64,000 bases of DNA, from assembly GCA_002269645.1 (NCBI GenBank), contig NIVC01001111.1, positions 1-64,000 of the forward strand, written 5' to 3'. The position numbers were made by a program, and so were the translations under genes. Below the pieces are notes generated by a model, which was given only the letters and a program-made list of their open reading frames with translations, had not been told where the DNA came from and searched no databases. Source of the stretch: Macrostomum lignano. Lineage: Eukaryota. Shown in pieces: positions 48,901-60,968 of this stretch. The stretch's first letter is position 1. The number at the start of each line of letters is the position of its first letter.

Positions 48901-51900
48901 TAGAAAACTGACCAATCTAGAAAACTGACCGATCTAGAAAACTGACCAATCTAGAAAACTGACCGATCGCTTTTGGAACATCTCTCAGGCAGCTGCACCA
49001 GGTTCGCACGCCGGAGCCGCCGCTCGTAGAGCCGAACATGACCACCATGATCCGCCTGCCCGAAGCGGACCCGCTAGTCGGCGTCCCTGGCGAGCCGGCC
49101 ATGTCCGAGGACTGCCTGTTTCTGAGTATTGGCCGGCCGCGCGACTACAACAGCGGCTACCCGGTGATTGTGTTCGTCACCGGCTCCGGTTTCGTGTCCG
49201 AGACTACGCGCAGCCTCGGCCAGGACTCGCTGCTGCACTCGGACGACGGCCTGCCAGACCAGCTTCAGGCCGTTGTTGTCCGTATCGGCTACCGGCTGGC
49301 CTTCCATGGCACCTTCCGGCCACCTGGTGACGCCACCGGCTTCAGGGTGGTCAACTACGGCCTGTCGGACCTGGTTCGCGGTCTCGAGCATCTGCGAAAG
49401 ACTGTCGAGCACTTTGGCGGGGATAAAAACAAGTGAGCTGCTGAGATATCGACTTTGTCGATCTTGTAAGACTTTCCAGACATGGCGATGGGGTGTAGAA
49501 ACGGATTGGCGATGGGGTGTAGGAACGGATTGGCGATGGGGTGTAGGAACAGATTGGTGATGGGGTGTAGAAACGGATTGGCGATGGGGTGTAGGAACGG
49601 ATTGGTGATGGAGTGTAGAAACGGATTGGTGATGGGGTGTAGGAACGGATTGGTGATGGAGTGTAGGAACGGATTGGTGATGGGGTGCAGAAACGGATTG
49701 GTGATGGGGTGCAGAAACGGATTGGTGATGGGGTGTAGAAACGGAGTGGCGATTGGGTGTAGAAACGGATTGGTGATGGGGTGTAGAAACGGATTGGCGA
49801 TGGGGTGTAGGAACAGATTGGTGATGGGGTGTAGAAACGGATTGGCGATGGGGTGTAGGAACGGATTGGTGATGGAGTGTAGAAACGGATTGGTGATGGG
49901 GTGTAGAAACGGAGTGGCGATTGGGTGTAGAAACGGATTGGTGATGGGGTGTAGAAACGGATTGGCGATAGTGTAGAATACGAACTGGCAATAGTAGAAA
50001 GAAACCCATTGAAGACAAAAAAGAAAAAAGGTAGTTGTCAATTCCCCCCCCCCCAGAGTCACAGTGTTCGGTCACGGCAGCGGCGCGGCGATGGTAATGG
50101 CGCTGCTGCAACTGCAGCAGCGGACAGGCAGGCGACTCGTCCACGGGGCCTGGCTGTCCAGCGGTCCGTCCCGCATCCCGGACTCGGCGCCCGAGATGTT
50201 GAAAGCATTGAAAAAGATCCACGCCAACAGGTGGACCAACATTACAGAGGCGCAGCTCAACTGTAAGGTGGACAATGTCACCGAGTGCCGACGCGAGTTG
50301 GAGACGATGGACGAGGTGAGATCTTTGTCGAGAGTGTGGAGGAATGCAGGCAGGGGGGCAGACCAGCTCAGCGTTAAACGCGTCTGAATCTCACGCCACG
50401 GCCCGTGGTTCGATTCCGTGCGTGGCCCGCATTCGTTTGGTGCTTGAGCACGAAAATTGGCCGGCGGGTTGTCGTGCGATTCACACTCGTGAGGGCCAAC
50501 CACAAGGCACAGAGAGTGTACATGTCTGACGATTAGACAGTCAGGGCCGCTGTACACCCTGTGTGAGCGTCTGTATGAGTTGCGTGCCTGCGTACAGTAT
50601 TGGCGCGCTTGCATGTGCTCAGGAGTCAGCGCAATGGGCAGAACTGCCTCAGAGCTGGTTGTGGGACGGATGTCACTGAAGGCGGACTGAAGTTTAGGAA
50701 CTGTATGTATCTCGACGCATGCAGGGGCGTCGCCATGGATTTTACGGTGGGGGGACAAAGCCAAGAGTTCAACATGTACATGTAAATGACTAAATTTTGG
50801 CACTCGATTATTTTGCGCCGTAGACACTCATTTTGGCGCTACAGGCACTCATTTTAGCGCTGCAGGCACTCATTTTAGCGCCGCAGGCACTCATTTTAGC
50901 GCCGCAGGCACTCATTTTAGCGCCGCAGGCACTCATTTTGGCGCTACAGGCACTCATTTTAGAGCCACAGGCACTCATTTTAGCGCCGCAGGCACTCATT
51001 TTAGCGCCGCAGGCACTCATTTTAGCGCCGCAGGCACTCATTTTGGCGCTACAGGCACTCATTTTAGCGCCGCAGGCACTCATTTTAGCGCCGCAGGCAC
51101 TCATTTTAGCGCCGCAGGCACTCATTTTAGCGCCGCAGGCACTCATTTTAGCGCCGCAGGCACTCATTTTAGCGCCGCAGGCACTCATTTTAGCGCCGCA
51201 GGCACTCATTTAAGCGCCGCAGGCACTCATTTTAGCGGCGCAGGCACTCATTTTAGCGCTGCAGGCACTCATTTTAGCGCCGCAGGCACTCATTTTAGCG
51301 CCGCAGGCACTCATTTTAGCGCCGCAGGCACTCATTTTAGCGCCGCAGGCACTCATTTTAGCGCCGCAGGCACTCATTTTAGCGCTGCAGGCACTCATTT
51401 TGGCGCTACAGGCACTCATTTTAGCGCCGCAGGCACTCATTTTAGCGCCGCAGGCACTCATTTTAGCGCCGCAGGCACTCATTTTAGCGCCGCAGGCACT
51501 CATTTTAGAGCCACAGGCACTCATTTTAGCGCCGCAGGCACTCATTTTAGCGCCGCAGGCACTCATTTTAGCGCTGCAGGCACTCATTTTAGCGCCACAG
51601 GCACTCATTTTAGCGCCGCAGGCACTCATTTTAGCGCCGTAGGCACTCATTTTAGCGCTGCAGGCACTCATTTTAGCGCTGCAGGCACTCATTTTAGCGC
51701 CACAGGCACTCATTTTAGCGCCGCAGGCACTCATTTTAGCGCCGTAGGAAACTCATTTTGGCGCTACAGGCACTCATTTTAGAGCCACAGGCACTCATTT
51801 TAGCGCCACAGGCACTCATTTTAGCGCCGCAGGCACTCATTTTAGCGCCGCAGGCACTCATTTTAGAGCCACAGGCACTCATTTTAGCGCCGCAGGCACT

Positions 51901-54900
51901 CATTTTAGCGCCGCAGGCACTCATTTTAGCGCTGCAGGCACTCATTTTAGCGCCACAGGCACTCATTTTAGCGCCGCAGGCACTCATTTTAGCGCCGTAG
52001 GCACTCATTTTAGCGCTGCAGGCACTCATTTTGGCGCCGCAGGCACTCATTTTAGCGCCGCAGGCACTCATTTTAGCGCCGCAGGCACTCATTTTAGCGC
52101 CGCAGGCACTCATTTTAGCGCCGCAGGCACTCATGGCGCTATTGGCGCCCTGAAGAAAAGTTATTGATTACCACAACGACTCACAAGGTGGGGTGGGGGA
52201 CAAAGCATTGGCATGTCCCCCCAGAGCTTTTACTGGGGGGGGGGACATGTCCCCCCCCGCGGTGGCGACGCGCCTGCTTGCATGTACCGTATATGGAGCA
52301 TTAGGGATGGCGCTGGCGGTTTTTACTAGTATGAATGCACGCTGACTGAAGCCCGACTGTTATCATCGAAGGGCCGCCTGCTCGTCTACCTGACATCGAA
52401 CGAAGACGTATTCAAGGCGTGGACTCGCACCGGCTACCTGGAGGACTGGTGGCCAAGCCTGGCCGGACTGACCAAACAGGGCAGCCTGTCCGTGTCCGGC
52501 AACACCAAAGCTTCGCCGGCCCCGCTAGAATGGCTGTCACCGGACAGTGTCACTCTGATCTCTTCGCCCACTGAGGCAGGTCCTTTGGGCTTGGGCTCGT
52601 GGGACGACATTCCCATAGTATTTGGCAACGTAGCCGATCACTATGAAGGTTTTCCCGGCTTCCGGGCCTCGGACAAGTGGCATAAAGTCTGGCAGAAAGT
52701 TCTAAAAACGGTCAAGGATCTGGAACTAGCCGGCAGTCCTGATCGGCTGATTGCTCGTCTAAAACGGCCCGATATGTCGCGCTCGGACTCGCAGGTTTGC
52801 TAATATTGATGAGTACCTTTGAATGCATGCTGTCGCACTTTATCGCCGCGTCCGCCTGCTCCGTCTAAGCTCTGGCAGCTTAGACAGGATATATATCATC
52901 CGCGCCGAGTCGCACTGCACGCAGCCGATGCATGGGCTGCTGCTGCTGACGGTTGCGTTTCAAAAGCTCGAAAATTCACAACGTCGGAAAAACGTGAAAT
53001 TTCGATCTAATGAAAGTAACCCATGCTGACTGGATAGCACAAATGTCATTATTTTACACTTTTTATAGCCAATAATCCACACTTATTTCACCCTTGAATA
53101 TCTAGCATCTGTACCATTGTCCATAAGACACAGCCTGGCGTAATGACAAGCTCAACTGGCCATTATTTCAGCTTTAGCAGGCGTTTGAACCATAGACGAT
53201 TAGTTAACTATGCTGAAATAATGGAATAATCGCAAACAGTCTACATGGCATTCTGGAATACACTGAAAAAAGGATAGTCAAGACATTTTAGCTAACAAAC
53301 AATGGAAAACGCACACATTAAGCACAAAAACAACAAAGTAGTCATAGACTGTTCATCAGAAGTTGCTCATTAAAACTGAAACGTGCAATCCTTGAAGTGG
53401 CAGTTCTCGAAGAAGCGAACTGCGCGTTCCGAATCCATCCGACCTGCAGATAAATGGACATTGTAAAAAATTCAGTTTCATATAGCCATTAGTGTAGCCA
53501 CTAATTTACTTACAATGTTGACACATTATGTTTACCATGCTTCACCCGCATCTCCTGTGTCATCTCCACTGAAGCATGGGTCGCACGGTTCGTTCAGTCG
53601 TTGACAAGAAAATTTTTCCAATTAATAAGCGGGGCTGTTTGACGAGATGCACCAGCCATGGTTGTTTGGCAAGACAAGTAGCTTTCACTCGTACTACCCG
53701 CTTTCCTGATTTCTTGCAAGACGCAAACGAAATCAGCACTCATCACACATGACTATGACAACTATGACACACATCTCAGTCATCTATGGGTAAAATAACT
53801 CGCAAAACAGCCAATTAAAGCGTGATAAAAAGTGTGAAATAATGACCGCTTCCGGCACGCTGAAATAATGGCCGCCTGACTACGCTATGCTGAAATAATG
53901 GCCTCTATGTGTCTTGTAGACAATGACGTTGCGTATAGTAGGTAAGGGATTGAAATAATGGCCAAACACGAGTGCGCCATTATTTCAGTCCCTTACCTAC
54001 TACGCAATCTACCATTGTGAGCTCCAGTTCATCCTATAGCTGCGATAGGACAGGACCGCACCTGGCAAAATGGTGACCCCGCCAACGTGAGAGAAATACA
54101 AGTTGTGACCACAGATACGAGAATAACCAGATGGGCCACTCAGCACATTTTGCGTGCAAGCTACTTTCAGTTCAGTAGCAAGTTAAACAGAAGCATTTAA
54201 TGTACTTTTAAAGCCAAGGCTCTTTTTGGCTCTTACCCCCCACTTAAACCTCCAACCGTGCCTTTCCACACTACCCCCGCCCCACCCCAATTTTTATTGC
54301 CTGACTCGGAATTCCAGCCTAAAGCTGCCATGTACATTTCAGTGGACTGGCTAATGTACATTATTGCTGAACCAATTAGGAAGTTGTGTTTACGCCTGCA
54401 AGCTTGGGCTTCTAAACTTATCAAAGTCATTTCAGCTGGCTTTTTTCATAAAATAGCTTTTGTATTCGTCTTTGCTACTGAACTGAAAGTAGAAAGCTTT
54501 TTTACTAAGTATTTATGCCTGAGTAGTGGCCCATCTAGTTATTTTAGTATCTGTGGTTGTGACTGTCTTGACAGTACACAACTGATACTGCACGTTACTA
54601 CTGGCCACATACTAAAATAGTATTCTACAATAGTATCTGTGCTCCTAGTCAACCGGAAGCGGTCAGGTGTTCATTTATTTCTGTTCTATATAAAGCAAGC
54701 AGTTCAAAATGGATTTTTTCTTTCCTCATAAAACCGGAATCTAGGCCAAGAATTGTCACAGAGCCATTTGCGTTGTCCCCAGAGTCGTTGCAGTCTTGCA
54801 GATAACACGTAAAATTAATATAGGACCGATCTATACACGACCAGATGTCACGGTACAAGTCGCCAGGCAAAAAGTCGTTAATGGTTTAATTTGAGGCATT

Positions 54901-55670
54901 CTGCATAACTTTATGGATTAGAATCACACTTCGCATGTATAACCATTCTACTTGATTTTACTAACTCGGAATTTCACAAACCAGAAATTTCATGTTGTCG
55001 AAAATTTATGCAGCCCATTTCATAATACCGAAATTTTACAATGTCGAAACAAATTTCATGATGACAAATTTTACTGACAAGATTAGCGGCATTCTGAGTT
55101 TTCGGCATTGTAAATTTCAGGTTTGTGAAACGACCCCGCGATTCTTGCCAAAGTAACGCTTTCAACGGGCGTTGAAAGTCTCAATATCTGTGCAATCTCC
55201 CGCAGGGCCTGCTAACCGCAGCCAGAGCGGCCACCCTATTGCGCTTCATCTGCCCCTATCGCTACCTGGCAAAATCCCTAGTTAAGCAGGCCAAACGCAG
55301 CTCGCCAATCTATCACTTTGTGCAGCGCTACAGTCTGAAATACCCGTCGAAATTTCTAGCCATCGGCGGCGCCAGCAAGCACACGGGAGCATTCTACGGC
55401 CTCGACCTGCTCCTCATGCTGGGCACGGCGCCGCGCGCAGCTGATAGCTGGGACCGGCGCGATCAGGCTCTGATGCAGCATATGCAAAGTGCATTAAGTA
55501 CTTTTGCCAGCAGCGGTATACCGCCGTCAAGTTGGAGCACGGTTGAAGACGACTACACAGTGCTAGCAGACGCAAATGGACAGATTTGGTCCACCCCACC
55601 GGACGACATGTTGGCCTATTGCGACACTGTGCGCTACGACAAATTCCCGAAACTAAGAACCACAATCTGA
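45903..55670 (+). CDS. Neurotactin-like type II membrane protein with a catalytically inactive carboxylesterase/cholinesterase-like domain, about 918 aa. Exons 45903-46917, 47353-47503, 48989-49432, 50057-50315, 52372-52794, 55206-55670
   Basis: Pro/Thr-rich N-terminus, a single TM (AFCTLLVVCLLSLAVHLVLVLI), then YRAVPFA..GRWRMP, SEDCLFLSI, PVIVFVTGSGF, YRLAF, NYGLSD..FGGDKNKVTVFGHGSGA (GxSxG Ser replaced by Gly) and GAFYGLDL (His replaced by Tyr). All junctions are phase-compatible (1, 2, 2, 0, 0). Confidence 0.88.
47002..47280. repeat. Minisatellite, 23-bp unit (CAATCTCAACAGAGCTGGTAGGA), about 12 copies
   Basis: Direct read; lies in intron 1 of the esterase-like gene. Confidence 0.95.
47522..48966. 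repeat. Minisatellite, 17-bp unit (TAGAAAACTGACCAATC), about 85 copies
   Basis: Direct read; fills about 97% of intron 2. Confidence 0.97.
49483..49970. repeat. Minisatellite, 24-bp unit (GAAACGGATTGGTGATGGGGTGTA), about 20 copies
   Basis: Direct read; lies in intron 3. Confidence 0.95.
50353..50705 (+). mobile_element. tRNA-derived SINE with a different head but the same central domain as 35814
   Basis: B box GGTTCGATTCC. Shared block TGAGGGCC..AAGGCACAG..AGTGTACATG..AGTCAGGGCCGCTGTACAC..TGTGTGAG, and a related 3' region. Confidence 0.75.
50722..52276 (+). mobile_element. Non-autonomous hAT-like element carrying an about 63-copy 21-bp minisatellite (50813-52135, AGGCACTCATTTTAGCGCCGC)
   Basis: 14-bp TIR CAGGGGCGTCGCCA / TGGCGACGCGCCTG. 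8-bp flanks GACGCATG / CTTGCATG (degenerate TSD, 5/8). Second copy at 15433-15719. Confidence 0.85.
53113..53927. mobile_element. Probable MITE with imperfect TIRs and repeated TGAAATAATGGC motifs
   Basis: CATTGTCCATAAGACACA versus inverted TGTGTCTTGTAGACAATG. No clear TSD. Confidence 0.45.
53936..54002. other. 27-bp-stem hairpin (13-nt loop)
   Basis: TAGTAGGTAAGGGATTGAAATAATGGC / GCCATTATTTCAGTCCCTTACCTACTA, with one mismatch that is a G-U pair in the plus-strand RNA. Confidence 0.85.
54972..55130. mobile_element. Possible small MITE (about 160 bp)
   Basis: Imperfect TIR TTTCACAAACC(A/T)GAAATTT. Confidence 0.4.
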
Positions 55671-55925
55671 ATCCTGATTGATTATTGGACTTGTTGAACG
55701 CAAAATCGTTATTTCATTGAATTTCTAACAGTTTGTCTTCCGATTTTTCAAAGTTACTGAAAACTTACTCTAAATAATAGCAACTATAATAAAACTAGAG
55801 ATTACTACGTACCCTATGCTTACTACGTAATTAATTCGTTTCGTGTATGAAATCGCTGAAATTCTCTTTTGAAAAAAGTTGATAACTTCGTTTAGATGAG
55901 GAAAATGATGGGCCGACCACCTGTT

Positions 55926-56680
55926 GAGTCTGGGAGGCTGGATCTGTTAGTCTGGGAGGCTGGATCTGTTGATTCTGGGAGGCTGGATCTGTTGAGTCTG
56001 GGAGGCTGAATCTGTTGAGTCTGAGAGGCTGGATCTGTTGAGTCTGAGAGGCTGGATCTGTTGATTCTGGGAGGCTGGATCTGTTGAGTCTGGGAGGCTG
56101 AATCTGTTGAGTCTGAGAGGCTGGATCTGTTGAGTCTGGGAGGCTGAATCTGTTGAGTCTGAGAGGCTGGATCTGTTGAGTCTGAGAGGCTGGATCTGTT
56201 GATTCTGGGAGGCTGGATCTGTTGAGTCTGGGAGGCTGGATCTGTTGATTCTGGGAGGCTGGATCTGTTAAGTCTGAGAGGCTGAATCTGTTGAGTCTGG
56301 GAGGCTGGATCTGTTGAGTCTGGGAGGCTGGATCTGTTGATTCTGGGAGGCTGGATCTGTTGAGTCTGGGAGGCTGGATCTGTTGATTCTGGGAGGCTGG
56401 ATCTGTTAAGTCTGAGAGGCTGGATCTGTTGAGTCTGGGAGGCTGGATCTGTTGAGTCTGGGAGGCTGGATCTGTTGAGTCTGGGAGGCTGGATCTGTTG
56501 AGTCTGGGAGGCTGGATCTGTTGATTCTGGGAGGCTGGATCTGTTGATTCTGGGAGGCTGGATCTGTTGAGTCTGGGAGGCTGAATCTGTTGATTCTGGG
56601 AGGCTGGATCTGTTGATTCTGGGAGGCTGGATCTGTTGAGTCTGGGAGGCTGGATCTGTTGAGTCTGGGAGGCTGGATCC
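55926..56680. repeat. Minisatellite, 23-bp unit (TCTGTTGAGTCTGGGAGGCTGGA), about 32 copies, between the convergent 3' ends of the esterase-like gene and RACK1
   Basis: Direct read. Confidence 0.95.
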
Positions 56681-57079
56681 GAGGGGTTTTGAGTAATTCG
56701 GAGTGGCAAAGACTGAAGAGCTAGATGCCTGATATCGGAAAAATAAATAAGACGGATAAAAACCAGATGAAATAACGCATTTTTCATATCCAATGCAAAT
56801 TCAAGAACTGTCACAAACAGTCCAGAGACTCGGCTTAGCCATCGCGAGAAAATTTCAAACCAAGCTGGATTTTACTTTTTTATAACAATCCTCCCATACG
56901 CGCTGAAGTCACGCCGGAACACATTTCGCTTCTGCTAGTTTTTCACAGCTGGTATTTGTTTAATCTCGAACCGATCTCTGTTTTATTGCCTGACTACACT
57001 ACTAACTAGTAGAAGATCAGCTTACAATCAATCGCGCACTAGATGAAAAGAGAGACAGAGAAGCAAAAAAACACAACTT

Positions 57080-57085
57080 TTTATT
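57080..57085 (-). terminator. Candidate AATAAA polyadenylation signal of RACK1
   Basis: AATAAA on the minus strand about 54 nt after the stop codon. Confidence 0.6.
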
Positions 57086-57138
57086 AAAGGAGCTCGCGGG
57101 TTCTGGTCGGGAATCGGTGAAATATCAATAGGCCTAAG

Positions 57139-57992
57139 CTACTGGGCAGACACGGTGACACCGTAGACGCGGATTACATTGTCCGAGTAGCCAGCGAAAA
57201 GGGTCTGACCGTCGGCACTCCAGGCAAGCGACAGGCACTCTGGACTAGCTGGTTTGCGCTTCAGATTAGTGCTAGTGGCCACAACCTCGGTGCGCAGATC
57301 GTCAACAACAACTTTGTTCTCCAGATCCCAGATCTTAATTAGAGGACCGGTAGCCGCGCACAGCCAGTAGCGATTAGGCGAGAAGGTCAGCGTGTTGATG
57401 CTCTCGCCACCGTCCAGGGTGTACAGATGCTTGCCCTCGTTCAGGTCCCATAGCATGGCTTTGCCGTCCTTGCCACCGGAGGCGCACAGGCTGCCGTCGG
57501 GGCTGACAGCAACAGTGTTGAGGTAGCCGCTGTGCCCAATGTGATTGGTGCGCAACTTGCAGTTGGTCAGGTTCCACACCTTAACTAGACGGTCAACACC
57601 GGCGCTGACAATAATTGGATTGGCCGTGTTCGGCGAGAACCTCACACAGCTAACCCAGTCAGAGTGATTGTCCTCAGTGATGGTGTACTTGCACACTCCC
57701 AGCGTATTCCACAGTTTGATAGTGCGATCGCGCGAGCCGGACACGATCTGGCGATTATCGGCGCTAAACGCCACGGACAGGACGTCCTTAGTGTGGCCAG
57801 TGAATCGACGAGTTGTGAGGCCGGTTGTGAGATCCCACAGACGCAGGGTGCTGTCCCAGGAGCCGGACAGAGCAAACTGGCCATCAGATGACATCACGAC
57901 ATCCGACACGAAGTGATTGTGGCCGCGTAAAGCGCGCTTAGGCACGCCGTAGTTCTCGCCGCGGTTCAGCTCCCACATGATGAGACTTTTGT
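57139..57992 (-). CDS. RACK1: RACK1 (receptor for activated C kinase 1), large exon 2. Exon 1 (about 36 codons) not found in the window
   Basis: [50 protein letters not shown]...[18 protein letters not shown], a highly conserved WD40 sequence. The acceptor TTTTAG at 57993 is phase 1, the position of the conserved first intron. Confidence 0.97.
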
Positions 57993-58959
57993 CTAAAATT
58001 GTCAACCAGATCGCATGGTTAATTAGAATCCCCAATAAGGATAGTTATATGCTCTTAAGTTTTGAAAAGGCTTTAAAAGGAATGGAGGACTGAGAAGTTT
58101 GAGTTTGAAAAGTTAAGAATATTAGAATATTATTCTTGAAATAAGTTTGAAAAATTAAATAAAGGACATGTAGCATATTTTTAAGGGTGCTTAAGAAGTT
58201 GCAAACACATTGTGCTTAGTTTTGAGGCTTTGGAAGAAGTGGAGCATTAAAAATTGAGTTAATGGAGCATATATTGATAGGGGCATGATTTCCATAAACT
58301 TGGAAAGGTAGGGTAGTATTTGGTCTAGGCATATTTCATTATTTTTTTAATATTCCCAATAGTACACATACATGCGCAACTTCTGAAATTACGCTGGCCG
58401 TGCGACTTAGTTTTCGATAAAAAATGCGACTTACCTATGAAAGAGCCAAGCAAAAACTTTAGGTAAACGGCAGGAGTAACTATAACCATATTTTTAAAGC
58501 TAAATGCCTCGCCAGCTAATTAGTGCTGCGTGCAGATTTCGCGTTTTTATAACAGCTAATCAGTATGTCATCTAGTGGCGGCATGAAGCAATTAGTAAAT
58601 TGTCAGTACAGTGTAGTGAGCATACTACAAAAGTCATGATTCATGAATGTCCAGAAGTAAGTGAAGTGAATACAGTGTGACCTATAGCTCAAGAACGATT
58701 TGCTAGACGATTTGGCATGGAAGATGAGAGCCCTGATTCAGATGGCTCATCAGATGCAGAATACGAATCCAGTAGAGATACAAGCTGTGAAAACCCACAG
58801 ATTTTTAAACCACTGAATTCTAATTCCCGGAACTATTTTTGCATAGATTCTAAATTTGAAGTCATGCTCAAACAAAAACTTGTTAACAGTTAGGAAAAAG
58901 GCAAAGATGGGAGTAATGCATGTTAAACTAAGATTTGAGGCCTTTGCAAATTCTCTCCA

Positions 58960-59385
58960 TTCCTCAATCTTCTCATCCTCTTTTTCTTTTCTCTCTCATC
59001 CCTTATCCCTTCTCTCTTTCCTCTCCTCTCTCCTCTCTTTCCTCTCCTCTCCTATCTCTTCTGTCTCCTCTCTACATTCTTATCTCTCTTCTCGTCTCTC
59101 TCCATTCCACTCTACTCTCTCATCTTATCTTCCCTCTCGTCTCTCTCCACTCTACTCTCTCATCTTATCTCTCCTCTCTTCTCTACTCTCTCATCTCTCC
59201 TCTCTTCACTCTCCTCTCATCTCCTCTTTATCCTCTCTTCTCTCATCTACTCTCTCCTCTTTCCTCTTTCCTCTCTTCTGATCTCATCCATCATCTTTTC
59301 TTTCCTCTTTCCTCTAATCTCCTCTTCTCTCTCATCTCTTTTTCCTCCCTCAGCTTTCCTCTCCTCTTCTATCTTTTCTCCCATC
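58960..59385. repeat. CT-rich low-complexity tract (with a GA-rich counterpart at about 60555-60700)
   Basis: Direct read. Confidence 0.85.
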
Positions 59386-59390
59386 GCAAC

Positions 59391-60459
59391 CCCGTTGGAA
59401 AAGTTATGCACCTGCAGAGGCACAAAAGGTGAGCGAGGTGCACAAAAGAGGCACTTTGGTGGCCTATTACGTGTGTGTTTTGGAAATGCACCTGAGTGCA
59501 CCTTTTATGCCTAAATGTCACCAATATTTTTGAAAAGAGGCATGAAAGGTGTAAAATCGGTGAAGTGGTCAGGCAGTAGGTGAATTCTCAATTTTGATTG
59601 GCTGCGGCGGTAGGGGCAGTAAAGGTGCTGAAGGGGCGCAGAAAGTGCACAAAAGGTGAATTAGAGGTGCATAAGGTGTACATGTTGCAGCGTAAATATG
59701 TATACAGGTGCATTTCCAAAACACGCTCGAAATAGACCCCAAAGTGCCTCTTCTGTGCACCTCGCTCACCTTTCATGCCTATGCACGAATTAACGCATTA
59801 ATAATCAGTAACAAAAAATTAACTGAGAGTTACATACTCGTACATTGCACGCACAGATCGAACATAGAAAAGCTTTATTTACACCTATACTAATTGCTGC
59901 TATCCCCTTCCTGATCCTGACTAACCACAAAAGTAAGCATTTCCTGTACTGATAAGTTTTAATAACTTTCAAATACTCAGGAAAAGTTCCGAAAAGTGAT
60001 GAAAAGCTTTGAATCTGTTTAAAGAATAATAAGAAAAAGTAGCAAAGAACTTTCGCAAGTTGGAACGCCCCTTGCATTGCCTCTACACCTAAAGTGCCCA
60101 CTGTGCACCGTTTGTTCACCTTTCGTGCCTCCAGTGCACACTGTACACTTTTTATGCACCTCCACCACAGCGCACCTTTTTCACCTTTCACTCCACCAAT
60201 GCCCCCAATTCCTACTTTGTTCACCTTTTGTGCCTCCAATGCACACTGTGCACCTTTAATACACCAAACTCCCCTATGACACCTGTGCCCCTACCACCTA
60301 TTTCGTGCCTTATATTCACCTTCTGACCCTGCAGAGGCACTCAGGTGAACACGCGGTGCACAAGTGGCACAAAATAGGCATAAGAGAGGCGAAAGTGAGG
60401 CAGACGGTGTAAAACTCTTCACCTTTCATGCCTACTTTAAAAACTAAAAATTCAACGGG
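59391..60459. mobile_element. Non-autonomous CMC-like element (1069 bp) nested in the hAT element
   Basis: Termini CCCGTTG / CAACGGG with 3-bp TSD AAC. Many internal direct and inverted AAAGGTG/GTGCAC/CACCTTT motifs. Confidence 0.65.
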
Positions 60460-60744
60460 AACGCTCGCCTCTCCTCTGTTTGCTTATCTCTAATCTTCTA
60501 TTCCCTCTACTTTGAAGTAAGAAAATATGCACATATTTTTGCTGAAGATAAGAGGAGAGAAGAGGGCATTGAGGAGAAAGGGTAGAGAAAGGGGGAGAAG
60601 AGAGGAGAGTAAAAATGAGAGGAGAGAGAAGAGGGAAAAGGGGGGAGAGAGAGAAGAGGGGAGGCAAGGTAGAGAAGAAGAGAGAGATGAGAGTTAAAGA
60701 GACACCAACCTTGCTAGTTAGGAAGTTTCAAAGAACCCGAGGGG

Positions 60745-60792
60745 CGAGGGCCAGATAGAGGGGCTTCGCGAGCCGGAGTTTGCCGACCCCTG
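60745..60792 (-). mobile_element. Solitary hAT-type terminus (CAGGGGTCGGCAAAC on the minus strand)
   Basis: Typical hAT end sequence; no partner end found. Confidence 0.45.
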
Positions 60793-60968
60793 CTCCAGAG
60801 TTTAAGAAATCAATGGGAAACTGTTGACGCGGGCTTCTGATTTCAAAGATCTTGTCTGTGGTTGAAGGCTTCTATTCTGTTTTTGCTCTCCTGCCACACT
60901 TGCACCTACTACCCCCTGATTGCCTCTGATTGTGACTTACTTCCCTCTTATTGCGACTTAGTTGCTTC

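Noticed and set aside
57993-58035. [14 protein letters not shown] as the RACK1 N-terminus
   Set aside because: It is intronic read-through upstream of the acceptor at 57993 and has no similarity to RACK1.
58700-58760. C/D-box snoRNA in the RACK1 intron (vertebrate RACK1 hosts snoRNAs)
   Set aside because: There is only a partial TGATGA with no suitably spaced D box or terminal stem, and it lies inside a transposon.
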